IMG/VR virus record: IMGVR_UViG_3300034375_010865
Coordinates: 1-57,517 of that record
Length of the DNA: 57,517 nt
Direction: 5' to 3' (one strand)
Source: a virus
Taxonomy: Duplodnaviria > Caudoviricetes
Part shown: positions 36,416 through 45,902 of the stretch, piece after piece
Numbering within the stretch: the first letter of the stretch is position 1
Layout: each line of letters opens with the position of its first letter
Program-made: the position numbers and the translations under genes
The notes under the pieces: model-generated
Databases searched by the model: none
The model's input: the letters and a program-made list of their open reading frames with translations, nothing else
Told to the model about the DNA's origin: nothing

Positions 36416-37489
36416 TTACGGTGTATCAGCACCGGAATCTGGATAATAATCAAATTCAGACTCATCCATTGTTTCAATAATATTGGAGAAGTCAATAGTC
36501 TTAAAGACGTCAAGTCTATCAAGTGTAAAGATAGTACCAGCAGAGTCATCATCCAGTGTATGTGTACCATCAGAGTTACTGAGGTTAAACTTAATACTAG
36601 TTACATCATCAGTAGAGCTGAATAGACGAGAATTTGTTTCCAACGGACCAACTAAAGTACTGTATTGATTATATGGAGAGTCGTCTAGAATGGATTCACT
36701 AGTATTGTAGTAGCTGTATTCTCCAGGTGCATACATACGTGTACTGATTGCAGAATCAACAATTGTAACATTAGCTTTAGACGAAACTGTTCCAATTTCA
36801 ACTGCCAAAATATTGGCCAGAATAATAGGAGCAGAGTCATCAATGGAAAGTGGCATTGAGGCGGCCAGAGATGTATTAGTAGTCAGGCCTTCAATTACCA
36901 ATTCAGAAAAGAGTTCCCACCCTGCAGGGTGAATATATGTTTTATAAAGATTTTTCCAAGTTGCAATTGGAATAGCAGATGTGACGAGAACAGAATAAAT
37001 CTGATAGTAATAGGAATCTTGTAAAAACTTAACAGACTCAGCACCAATCTGAGACTCACCTACAATAAAAGTCTGGTCTTTAGGATAAGACAGCTGTACG
37101 TTTTCGCCATATAAAAACTTAAGAAAGCCTTCAGCTGAAACTTGAGTTCCTCGAGTTTTATAGAAAAATGGTAGGAGCTTAATAAAAAATCTAGATGTGG
37201 ATTCTGGAAAAGCATCGGGTCCAATACCAGATGACAATTCATCAAAGATAAACTCCAAGAATCTTTCTGGAGTAAGTTCTCTGTCTTTTAAATATGCAAT
37301 GTCTTCCAACTCACCGATAGGATTTCTACCGTCAGAATCTGTATAGTCTTGAAGCCAGTCGTAGTATTTTTTAAGAAGTGTTACAAACGTAGGGTATTGC
37401 TCTTGGAAATGACTAGGTAATACCGTATCGACATCCGGCTGATTAAAAATCAGATCATTTCGGTTAAGATCAACTAAAGTATGAGGCAT
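36416..37489 (-). CDS. gp7: Compact baseplate wedge initiator (gp7-like)
   Basis: YPTFVTLLKKYYDWL, FYKTRGT, QDSYYYQIYS, HPAGW; follows gp6. Confidence 0.65.
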   Translation of the reverse strand: MPHTLVDLNRNDLIFNQPDVDTVLPSHFQEQYPTFVTLLKKYYDWLQDYTDSDGRNPIGELEDIAYLKDRELTPERFLEFIFDELSSGIGPDAFPESTSRFFIKLLPFFYKTRGTQVSAEGFLKFLYGENVQLSYPKDQTFIVGESQIGAESVKFLQDSYYYQIYSVLVTSAIPIATWKNLYKTYIHPAGWELFSELVIEGLTTNTSLAASMPLSIDDSAPIILANILAVEIGTVSSKANVTIVDSAISTRMYAPGEYSYYNTSESILDDSPYNQYSTLVGPLETNSRLFSSTDDVTSIKFNLSNSDGTHTLDDDSAGTIFTLDRLDVFKTIDFSNIIETMDESEFDYYPDSGADTP

Positions 37490-39363
37490 TAGTTAGTTGT
37501 ACCTACGACAGAATTAGCAAGGTTGACATCAGGAGTTGCAGTGACTAAGTTTGATCCAATAGTCACGACGTTATTTCTTAATGGTTTTACAACGGATCCA
37601 TTCTTAGGTACCGCTTTAAGAAGAAGATACGTATTACCACTGGCAATACTCGTTGGTTTAAATCCTACCAGATTTACTTTACCTGTGGAAGGAATATATT
37701 CACCTACATTATCCTGTGCAATATTTCCAGCTTGTGTTAGAATTCTCAGTTTAGTAGAATCTAGTTTATTAGAAATATTACACAAAGTTCCGTTAAATGT
37801 AAAGAAGTCACTAGTAATAACCGCATTTGTGCCATTGGGTTCAGCGAGTTCATTAGTATAAGAAATTTCATAGTCGGCTGACACAATCTGACTTGTATTA
37901 GTATTCACAATAGGAGTAAATCTAGACTCTAATTGAATAGTTACATCAGAAGATAAGATAGCAGGATCAGCATCATCAATAACTGTGGTTAATTTAGATT
38001 TTCTAAACACGTCATTGAATTTACCCAGATTATTAGTAAAGAACTCTGAAATTCTACTTTTAACTACATTTTCCAAGCTTTGAGGAGTTCTGTTTGTCAA
38101 AGATTCATCGTATCTAATATCAGTGGTAACATTAACATATGTAAATGTTGGATCTACAAACTCCATTCCGACAGAGATAACCGATAGATTATCAGTAATG
38201 TCATCTCGAATAGTATTTTGAATCAAAGTCTTCTGTGTAGTTTCAACATCATCTTCAAAGATCAATGATACCATTACTTTACCGTATTTGGCAGGAACGT
38301 TATCCTCACCGCCCCAGGCGTTTACTGATTTAATACCAGGAACTCTGGACTGAATGATTGTTCTGTAATCACTTGATGTTACCAGTCTAGAACCAGTCAG
38401 CAGATTCAAAGGTGCATTATTTCTGATAGACTCGATTGATTCTTTCTCAGCACCAAAAGCAGCTCTAGATACGGTTGTAACAATCAATGGATAAGACTGT
38501 GCGTTTACTTCAATCTGGTTTGTAGGAGTAAATACGTTGGCTGTGTTTGCAGCCACACCACTGGCCGCCAGGTATTGTGCTCTGATGATATTTCCTGGTA
38601 CAGGTGCTGTACCCGTAGACTGACCATCACTAAAACTAATCTCATAAAAACCATTGTATGTTTCTACAGGTAAGAATAGTTTTGTATCATCATTATACTC
38701 TTTAATGTCGCTGCTTCTCTCGTAGATCTCAAACTCGGTGGAACTGATAGAGTCAAAAACTGTAACAACGAGTGTCGACAAGTCCAGGTTTTTATCTGGA
38801 ATTACATAGACTTGTCTTTCTTGAGCATCGGCGCATCTGAAGTTTCTGGTCTTGAGTACACCTTCAGAGATGCTAATATCTTTATCACCTGACTTTACCT
38901 CAAAGGTATAGATTCCTGTACCTGTTCTATCATAACCGATGTACTCATCTAACGTATAGAAGGTATAGGACACGCCATCAACTACAGATGTAAATGAGGA
39001 AAACTGTGGAAGTGTAATTGTTGAAGGCTTGGGAGAAACACTAGCCAGATTTACCGAAAGATTAACCGTTGCCTTTGCACCTGTCTTAGAACGTGGAATA
39101 TAGCCCAAGTTCAACGCGTGATTAATCATACTGGATCTTGTCTGAGCTGTCGACAAGAAAGACTCATTCAAACCAAAGTTTGCCAACAAAGCATTTTTAT
39201 GTGAGTTATAGGCAAGCAGATCCATTAATACGGAAAGTCCGGATCCGTCAAAGTCAAAGTCAGCAAACTCAGTTTGACCAGCCAGATAATTCTTCATACT
39301 AGTTTTTAGATTATTAAAATCCAGTGTGCTAGTATGGATAGTTTGCTTTGTTGTAGATGGCAT
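37489..39363 (-). CDS. gp6: Baseplate wedge subunit
   Basis: LDFNNLK, DFDFDGSGLSVLMDLLAYN, NESFLSTAQTRSS, ESIESIR.NAP, AWGGEDN.P.KYGKV. Confidence 0.92.
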   Translation of the reverse strand: MPSTTKQTIHTSTLDFNNLKTSMKNYLAGQTEFADFDFDGSGLSVLMDLLAYNSHKNALLANFGLNESFLSTAQTRSSMINHALNLGYIPRSKTGAKATVNLSVNLASVSPKPSTITLPQFSSFTSVVDGVSYTFYTLDEYIGYDRTGTGIYTFEVKSGDKDISISEGVLKTRNFRCADAQERQVYVIPDKNLDLSTLVVTVFDSISSTEFEIYERSSDIKEYNDDTKLFLPVETYNGFYEISFSDGQSTGTAPVPGNIIRAQYLAASGVAANTANVFTPTNQIEVNAQSYPLIVTTVSRAAFGAEKESIESIRNNAPLNLLTGSRLVTSSDYRTIIQSRVPGIKSVNAWGGEDNVPAKYGKVMVSLIFEDDVETTQKTLIQNTIRDDITDNLSVISVGMEFVDPTFTYVNVTTDIRYDESLTNRTPQSLENVVKSRISEFFTNNLGKFNDVFRKSKLTTVIDDADPAILSSDVTIQLESRFTPIVNTNTSQIVSADYEISYTNELAEPNGTNAVITSDFFTFNGTLCNISNKLDSTKLRILTQAGNIAQDNVGEYIPSTGKVNLVGFKPTSIASGNTYLLLKAVPKNGSVVKPLRNNVVTIGSNLVTATPDVNLANSVVGTTN

Positions 39364-39365
39364 CG

Positions 39366-39815
39366 TTATTTAATCCTCGTAAGAGAGGTCGTGAGTACAA
39401 CAACCTCTTCTGTAGAAATTATTCTAAATTGTACCGTTATCTTTAAATCATTTGCATCTATATTATTATTAACCTGAACGTCTAATACTTCGGCTCTGGG
39501 CTCATAGTTTTGAATCGCAAGCTTAACATCTTTTTGAATCTCCTTTGTATATGAAGGATCATTCAATTCAAAAAGATATGAGTTTAGATTGGCACCAAAG
39601 AAAAAGTCGAACGGTTTCTCACCATAGTTAGTTAACAGAATAGTACGAATGGACTGTTTGACGGCCGCAGCATCAGTTTTCTTGAAAATATCTCCTGACG
39701 GTTTAGTATCTAACGTTAGATCTATATCAGAATAATTTTCAGGTTTGCTAGCAACAATAGTGGAAGTACTATTGATGTTCTTATCTTCGATTGCAAAACT
39801 ACGTCTGACTGCCAT
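39366..39815 (-). CDS. gp25: Baseplate wedge / sheath initiator
   Basis: YSDIDL, AVKQSIRTILLTNYGEKPF, IQNYEPRA. Confidence 0.9.
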   Translation of the reverse strand: MAVRRSFAIEDKNINSTSTIVASKPENYSDIDLTLDTKPSGDIFKKTDAAAVKQSIRTILLTNYGEKPFDFFFGANLNSYLFELNDPSYTKEIQKDVKLAIQNYEPRAEVLDVQVNNNIDANDLKITVQFRIISTEEVVVLTTSLTRIK

Positions 39816-39841
39816 TGTACTTTTTTACCTTATTTAAAATT

Positions 39842-39849
39842 TATTTATA
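39842..39849 (-). promoter_or_regulatory. T4-type late promoter TATAAATA
   Basis: tatttata upstream of gp25. Confidence 0.75.
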
Positions 39850-40693
39850 CGCTACATTCAGCTATAGCGTTATCAATCAGTAGTTTAAAGTTAAATTCGG
39901 TTGAAACTTTACGAGCAAATGATCCAGTAAAGTTCTCAGCAATCTCAGGCATGGTTACTACGATTTGAGCCGTAAAGTCTACACTCGGATCCACTGTATC
40001 ATAGCTCATAATAAGCTTATTAAACAAGTGATTGTCTTTCCAGTAAGCGGCTAACTCAAATGTTTTCTCAGGAGCATTATTACCTGCCTGATCAATAACC
40101 TCAAAGACGCAGGCTCTGCCTTTTGAAGCCAGCTCTTTGATTCCACCGGATGTTAAGGTCTCGGTTGTTTCTGGCAGATACAAACCTTCGGTCACTGAGA
40201 TGGAATAGTCAGTACCGAATCGATCTCTTAGATTCATAAAGCCGGTCATCATCAGACCAAACATATAGTAATGACGGGCCAATCTTTTTCTGTCATCTAG
40301 ATTGGGAAAATCATTTAACGTAGCTTGAGCAAGAGATTGCGTAGCTACAAACCTACCAAGAGGAATCCCTCTCCCGAGTTTCGTACCTGAACCAATATCA
40401 GTCTTATTCATCGGGTTGAACTGTTTCTCAGGTAAAACCCTGGAGATTTGTAAGCTCTCTTTGTATTTGCTCTTAGGCGCAGAACCCTGGCCAAACTGTC
40501 TTGTGCCAAATTTAGCTTTGGGTTCAGAGTTGATGATTCTCTTGATATCACCCGGCTGTGTGGTTTTAAAGTTAGAATTAAGAACTCCCAATGAAATACA
40601 GAACGAGACGAACAAATCATCTTGCCTGTTATTGGGCTCTCTTAATTTAGAACGAGCCTCTCTGGCTGTAATACTGTCTCTACGAATAATCAT
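39845..40693 (-). CDS. Hub-associated protein, possibly degenerate peptidase M15 fold
   Basis: SVTEGLY / GRACVF / YWKDNHLFNKLIMSY resemble ITSGYR / GQAAD / WI..NL.FDQLILEY; Zn ligands not seen. Confidence 0.45.
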   Translation of the reverse strand: MIIRRDSITAREARSKLREPNNRQDDLFVSFCISLGVLNSNFKTTQPGDIKRIINSEPKAKFGTRQFGQGSAPKSKYKESLQISRVLPEKQFNPMNKTDIGSGTKLGRGIPLGRFVATQSLAQATLNDFPNLDDRKRLARHYYMFGLMMTGFMNLRDRFGTDYSISVTEGLYLPETTETLTSGGIKELASKGRACVFEVIDQAGNNAPEKTFELAAYWKDNHLFNKLIMSYDTVDPSVDFTAQIVVTMPEIAENFTGSFARKVSTEFNFKLLIDNAIAECSV

Positions 40694-42447
40694 TATGGCA
40701 CCAGATCATATGCGCTAGCAGTTGAAGTTGTCGATTTGTTTTCACCGAGTATTTCCAGTTCTCTCAGATCGATATTTTGTAAAATCTTATTATCTGGATC
40801 AACGTCTACATTCAGAATGCCTTTGTCGGATCTTTCTAGAGTATCCTTGACCATTGCAGACGTGGCAGAAGTCAGGGACTGTGGCGTTCCTACAGTACCT
40901 GTGGGAGACGTTCCTCCAGTTCCTCCAGCTCCAGGATACGAGGCAGCTGACACAGCTTGTTGTGCGTTAACTGCTGTTTCTGATTTTACTGCTTCTGCTG
41001 AAATTCCAGTAAAGAAGTCACCGTCAAAAGCTCTGCCTTTGTAAGTGTCACCAGTATACATCATATTGACACCACCAATCTGTCCCTCAGGTGCAATAAT
41101 AGCCAAGTCCTCTGCGGTTGCATTCAGTTCAGGAGCTGCGATATCGATTCTGGTTTTAGATGATAGGTGTGTGGACTCTGACGTAGCGTATTCTGCTTTA
41201 CCATCTGTTAATACCGCCAAATCTCCCTTAGTAATAATATTGGCGCTTTCCAGTGAGATTCTACTGGAGTTTTTAGTAATAGACTCAGATAAGTTTCCAA
41301 CGATGGTACTGATCTTATCAGCCTCAACGGTCTCATGTTTACCTTGGCCAATTGTTTCAATGTACTTACCATCTACTTCCAGAATAAAGTTTTTGTCAAC
41401 TCTCAGTTTGTAATCACCGGTAACGTGCATTTTCAAGTCACCTTCATATGTGATATCACCATTACCTCTGACATAGACAGTAAAGTCATCACCAACAACC
41501 TGAACCATCTTATCATGCGCATTCAAGACGACTAATCCATCTGCATGGAATTCCATACCGGATCCTACTGTATGGACGACAGATACTCGTTCCTCGCCTG
41601 GAGTATCATCCAGTTCGATTCTATGGCCGCTGGAGGTCTCTGTAACTTTATTGTATGGATACTGTGGGTTTGCTTCGGTTGGGAACAATGAACCGCCTTT
41701 AACGGATCCACCACCCATTTTCAACTTTGGTTCCCATTCACCTCTAGCTGCTTTGTTTGTGGTTGCCTGATTGAAGTATTCTTTTCTAGGGTAGTTCTTG
41801 AAAGGATCTTTGAATCCTGTTGTATCAGGAGTTACTAACTGATCGTTTCTTTGTGACGTGGTACCTTCAGTTCTATTATCCGTGGTGGAGTTTACATCGT
41901 CCTCACCCTCTTCTGCCAACTCAGCTCTTCTAACAGCCTCAGCCAAATCAGCACGATCTCCATCATTGACCAAAGCCAAGATATCATCGGAAACTTCAGA
42001 CTCTTTGGTAATCATAATTCTAATCAGTTGTTCTTGATCGGAAGATGATAAATCACTGATTCTATCGCTTAAGGTAAACCCGGCTGCTTTTACATAGCCT
42101 GGGTAACTGGCATTAGTACCGTATGGATCGTTATCGGCTCCAGGAGGTGCATACTTGCTGAGCATTTCTGAAATGGTATAGTTACCATATTCTTTTAGAA
42201 CTAATTGCTTTTGAGCATTAAAACCAGCCTGCATCGATGGAAAGATATAGTTGCCATCATAGTCAACACCCAAAGCACCTTGTTCAATCGCAGCCTTAGC
42301 AGTTCCCGTCAGGTTGCCAGGGTTATTGTTACGGAATGCTCTGTCACCGGTAAACGTCTTGGTTGTACCGTCAGAAAGAACTACTGTTGTACTTCTGTTT
42401 TTACCACTGGATGAAACGATACTGGTATATGCAAGATTTCCTGCCAT
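40693..42447 (-). CDS. gp5: gp5 spike C-terminal part (beta-helix) with N-terminal lysozyme-like RNNNPGN domain
   Basis: RAFRNNNPGNL...YAPP; YPYNKVTETSSGHRIELDDTPGEERV...H..GS.ME gp5 motif followed by VxG repeats. Confidence 0.8.
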   Translation of the reverse strand: MAGNLAYTSIVSSSGKNRSTTVVLSDGTTKTFTGDRAFRNNNPGNLTGTAKAAIEQGALGVDYDGNYIFPSMQAGFNAQKQLVLKEYGNYTISEMLSKYAPPGADNDPYGTNASYPGYVKAAGFTLSDRISDLSSSDQEQLIRIMITKESEVSDDILALVNDGDRADLAEAVRRAELAEEGEDDVNSTTDNRTEGTTSQRNDQLVTPDTTGFKDPFKNYPRKEYFNQATTNKAARGEWEPKLKMGGGSVKGGSLFPTEANPQYPYNKVTETSSGHRIELDDTPGEERVSVVHTVGSGMEFHADGLVVLNAHDKMVQVVGDDFTVYVRGNGDITYEGDLKMHVTGDYKLRVDKNFILEVDGKYIETIGQGKHETVEADKISTIVGNLSESITKNSSRISLESANIITKGDLAVLTDGKAEYATSESTHLSSKTRIDIAAPELNATAEDLAIIAPEGQIGGVNMMYTGDTYKGRAFDGDFFTGISAEAVKSETAVNAQQAVSAASYPGAGGTGGTSPTGTVGTPQSLTSATSAMVKDTLERSDKGILNVDVDPDNKILQNIDLRELEILGENKSTTSTASAYDLVP

Positions 42448-42448
42448 G

Positions 42449-43729
42449 TTATTGTCTCTCTAAAATCTCATCAATTGATAAGGCACCTGAGGATCTGGTT
42501 TCCTCAACGGTTTGAATGTTTTCTTTACCGAAGCTTTTTCTAACATATCTAACCACGTCGAAGTTAGGGTCGGATCTTCTATCAGGATCTATATCATTGT
42601 GACCAAAGGCTTGTCCACCAGGATGTACCGTATAGAAAGCTCTCATGAAAGCCTTAAAAGTATTCCATTGCTCAGGTCTAAACGTAGTCGAACTCCTTTG
42701 TGTGCCTCTTCTGGCAGATGAACCCACCAGACCACCGACAAAGGCAATACCGATTGAAAACGGATTATGTCCTTTCAAGACATGTGCACCTTGTACGGAT
42801 ATTGGTCGGGCAACCTGTAAATCGCCGTTTCTTAAAATCAATAGATGATATCCAACATCCTTAAAGCCTCTGTCGGTTACATGCCATTTATAAATGTCAT
42901 CGTAATCAACTGGTTGGTTTTCATAGGTATCTGTATGATGCACCACGACCTCAGTGATCTCTCTAGTACAAGATCTGATATAAGCTTCCATTTCTTCATA
43001 TGTTTTGAGAATAGTTTTACTAGGTACATTTTTCATGTCGATAGTTTCTACCGTGGAAAGTCCAAACAGATCCGACTTGGAGTCTAGAACAATATTATCT
43101 TCTAACTTTTCAGTATCTGTCAGATCTCCAAGAATCGTTCCGGTGTTAACTTTCTTTGAAGCTATGTTAGCCTCTAGTCTTTTCTCTGCTTCATCAATAC
43201 TAGAAGTAGCATCATTTAACAATCCTTTTAGTGTAGATCTGTCGGAAGTGCCGTCAAAAACTTTTTCTGAAAAATCAGTGATATTATCCCTGAACACTTT
43301 ATTGGTAAAATTCTTATCTGGATCTTGGTTAACAGCTCTAGTTACTGCAGCCTTGGCGCCATCGGTTGTCACTGCTGTAACGATTCTATTCAGGTTAGCT
43401 GAAGATCTAGGAGTTTTATAGAAAGTATTTGCATCTGAGTTGAGTGGGGATTTTACAAAACTACCAAAGTTAGTAACATTAGATCCTACTGTACCAATAC
43501 TAAATCTTCTAACAAGGTCTCCTTGACTATTATATCGTTCGTCTGCCACAAACTCAACGTCAATACCTTCTTTGTTTTTTCCTCGAATAGCATCAAGCGA
43601 TGAGTTTCTAAGTCTATCAAACTGAGATTTAGCAAACCCTACAGCAGAGTTTACTTTATTAACAAAGCTACTAATACCTCGTGCAACCGATATTGCCGTT
43701 GTTGCTAACTGTAAAGCAGTAAGAATCAT
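42449..43729 (-). CDS. N-acetylmuramoyl-L-alanine amidase (Amidase_2, T7 lysozyme-like) with long N-terminal extension
   Basis: VVVHHT, WH...GFKDVGYHLLI, GAH...N..SIGIAFVGG, GHND. Confidence 0.8.
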   Translation of the reverse strand: MILTALQLATTAISVARGISSFVNKVNSAVGFAKSQFDRLRNSSLDAIRGKNKEGIDVEFVADERYNSQGDLVRRFSIGTVGSNVTNFGSFVKSPLNSDANTFYKTPRSSANLNRIVTAVTTDGAKAAVTRAVNQDPDKNFTNKVFRDNITDFSEKVFDGTSDRSTLKGLLNDATSSIDEAEKRLEANIASKKVNTGTILGDLTDTEKLEDNIVLDSKSDLFGLSTVETIDMKNVPSKTILKTYEEMEAYIRSCTREITEVVVHHTDTYENQPVDYDDIYKWHVTDRGFKDVGYHLLILRNGDLQVARPISVQGAHVLKGHNPFSIGIAFVGGLVGSSARRGTQRSSTTFRPEQWNTFKAFMRAFYTVHPGGQAFGHNDIDPDRRSDPNFDVVRYVRKSFGKENIQTVEETRSSGALSIDEILERQ

Positions 43730-44025
43730 TGACCAAACCTCTCTAAAGCATCATATGAATAAGACTTTTTAATCTTGGCAAGATCTTGTGAATCCGATTT
43801 GCGCAGATACTCTTTGGTAAAAATATCAATGGCCTCCTCAATAGACTTTGCCTTGGCCAGCTTTCCAGAGTTTAATTCAGGCTTGGTCTTCAGTTCGTGA
43901 AGAACATATAGAATCTGTGTGTTGATCTTATAAGGATCTAATTTGTTTGCAGAACAATACTCAAAAAACTGCTGTAGTCTCTCACCTGACCAACCAACGA
44001 TTCCAAACTTTTGTGTTTGTGCCAT
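43726..44025 (-). CDS. C-terminal half of a phage tail lysozyme (Phage_lysozyme2-like) domain
   Basis: FGIVGW.GERL...DP..INTQILYVLHEL...A..F..EYLR; own GGAGG RBS. Confidence 0.6.
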   Translation of the reverse strand: MAQTQKFGIVGWSGERLQQFFEYCSANKLDPYKINTQILYVLHELKTKPELNSGKLAKAKSIEEAIDIFTKEYLRKSDSQDLAKIKKSYSYDALERFGQ

Positions 44026-44573
44026 TACGAAAGTCCCTCCACGTCAGATTCTAAAAATGTTTGTAAATCCGGATTTAAGTTTAGATTAGACTCAATTGCC
44101 AGTGAACCAACTACGGCAGCTGCTACGGTATCATTGAATCCATTGTCAACAAATCCGTTGAAAGTCTTCTCGGCGTTACTTGCACCTCTAAGCTCTTGAC
44201 CAAACTCCACGTCGCCGTGTACGGCGCCAGGTAAAGTCTGTAAAGGATTAATGTTTTCCTGAGGAAGTTCCATCTTGGGAAGCGTTCCCATGATTAAAGG
44301 ATTCTGAGAAGTCTCACCATCCATAAATACACCAAAAACCCAAGCTCCCTGCTCGATGCCGGTTGGAGATCTGCCAACACCAGATATACCTCCCTCGGTG
44401 GCTGATACCATAATGGTTGCCCATGGAAGATCATCTGTTGGAATATCTGTTAAGAAAGGTGAATGAATACCAAAGGCTCTGACCCTAACTCTCCCAAGTT
44501 TAAGAGGGTCATTCATATTATCTTCGACGATTCCAATGAACCATCTAATGTTATCTCCGTAAAAGACGCTCAT
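44025..44573 (-). CDS. gp5: gp5 N-terminal OB-fold plus N-terminal half of tail lysozyme domain
   Basis: WFIGIVED..DPLKLGRVRVR.FG.H, LPWA, WVFGVFMDG...Q.P.IMG; then NAEKTF..F...G.....AAAVVGSL..ES..NP. Confidence 0.82.
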   Translation of the reverse strand: MSVFYGDNIRWFIGIVEDNMNDPLKLGRVRVRAFGIHSPFLTDIPTDDLPWATIMVSATEGGISGVGRSPTGIEQGAWVFGVFMDGETSQNPLIMGTLPKMELPQENINPLQTLPGAVHGDVEFGQELRGASNAEKTFNGFVDNGFNDTVAAAVVGSLAIESNLNLNPDLQTFLESDVEGLS

Positions 44574-45901
44574 TAGATTACATTGATCCTTTCATTACTT
44601 AAACTTTTCTTATTATCATATTTAGTAACATTCATAGTGACATGATATTGGTCGGATTTAAATGTGTGTCTTATACCAAATACTAGATATTGGCCGGTCA
44701 ATTTCTTGTCAGCAAGAGTATTCAAATTGACCCCAGCTTCATTCATTGGTGTGATATTCTTAGGAACATAAACATTAATCTTCTTACCTAGCACTCTACC
44801 AGCGGTCATAAAGTAAAATCCAGGAATTGTCATATCAAACTGAGATTTGGTAAGTAGCGCTTTTAAGGAACGAGATTCTGCTTTTTTCATATGATTGTCA
44901 ATTACTATTTCTTCATTTAAACTATTAATGTTATTGAATATGTTTGTAGTGGTAATCTGTGAGTTTAAAGAAGAAACACCTTCATGATACTGTTTGGAAT
45001 TGGCTGTGAAATTATCATCATAGTTTAGTGTTCCGTTTGGTGTAGGCATTTTAGGAACACTTTCAGTAAATCTATATCTGAGCTCAGTGGGAATATCTTT
45101 ATTAGTATCCAACCACAGATATTGTGATCCAAATACATCATTCCTCATGAGATTAATAATATCTTCATTGTTTGACATTGACATTGTGACGATTTGTTTT
45201 GCTGCATCAAACATATCACCTCTGGTATCGGCACTGACATTTAGGTATTTAAACTCTACATTTGAAAGAGCCATAGTACTTAACATTGTTTCCAAAGATT
45301 CCAGTCTTAAGGAATCTTCATATAGTGTTGAATACAGATAAAATGGAGATCCATTTGAAGTCGACATTCTTCTTGTTAAAGTTCGTGCAGCTTCCAATGG
45401 ACTCTGTGTATATGGCATCAAATAACGAATAGCATCTTGTGAAGAGGTCTCAGTAATTAACTCTTTTGATAACTGATCCGTAATAATATTAGAAACAATA
45501 CTCTCTAGTTTACCTTCATACGACTTACTAATCCTGGTCATTTCTGAAGTAACGGCGTGCTCTTCAGTGAAATTCAGCATAATGACTGCTGAAGCATCAT
45601 TACCTTTGGAGTATCTGTCAACGCCGGTGATAATAAAGCTTTTCTTGAGAAATTCGGTTTTATCAACATTATATAATGTAAATGAAATGATTTCCTGCCC
45701 CAAGAAATTAATATGATTGAATATATTACTTGAGTCGGCAATAAGAATACTGCCGGTGATAAAAGGCGAGGCTAGATTTTCATAGAAAACCGTTTCAATC
45801 ATTCGATTGCCAACGTTAATCTCTCGGAACCGGCCTGAATTACAACTAATAATTACTTTTTGAACTCCACCGTGATCGTATGGAGATGTAAAGTCTACCA
45901 T
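44573..45901 (-). CDS. Baseplate hub protein (gp27-like)
   Basis: FYENL..PFITG.I.I.D, GQE.I, RISKSY.G, PFYLY, LTGQYL...IRHTF; adjacent to gp5. Confidence 0.65.
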   Translation of the reverse strand: MVDFTSPYDHGGVQKVIISCNSGRFREINVGNRMIETVFYENLASPFITGSILIADSSNIFNHINFLGQEIISFTLYNVDKTEFLKKSFIITGVDRYSKGNDASAVIMLNFTEEHAVTSEMTRISKSYEGKLESIVSNIITDQLSKELITETSSQDAIRYLMPYTQSPLEAARTLTRRMSTSNGSPFYLYSTLYEDSLRLESLETMLSTMALSNVEFKYLNVSADTRGDMFDAAKQIVTMSMSNNEDIINLMRNDVFGSQYLWLDTNKDIPTELRYRFTESVPKMPTPNGTLNYDDNFTANSKQYHEGVSSLNSQITTTNIFNNINSLNEEIVIDNHMKKAESRSLKALLTKSQFDMTIPGFYFMTAGRVLGKKINVYVPKNITPMNEAGVNLNTLADKKLTGQYLVFGIRHTFKSDQYHVTMNVTKYDNKKSLSNERINVI

Positions 45902-45902
45902 A

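Noticed and set aside
693-37489. Assigning a Bacteroidota host from the DS sequon
   Set aside because: Host O-glycosylation occurs in the periplasm, DT is not enriched, and standard Shine-Dalgarno and sigma70-like promoters argue against it; host cannot be determined from this window
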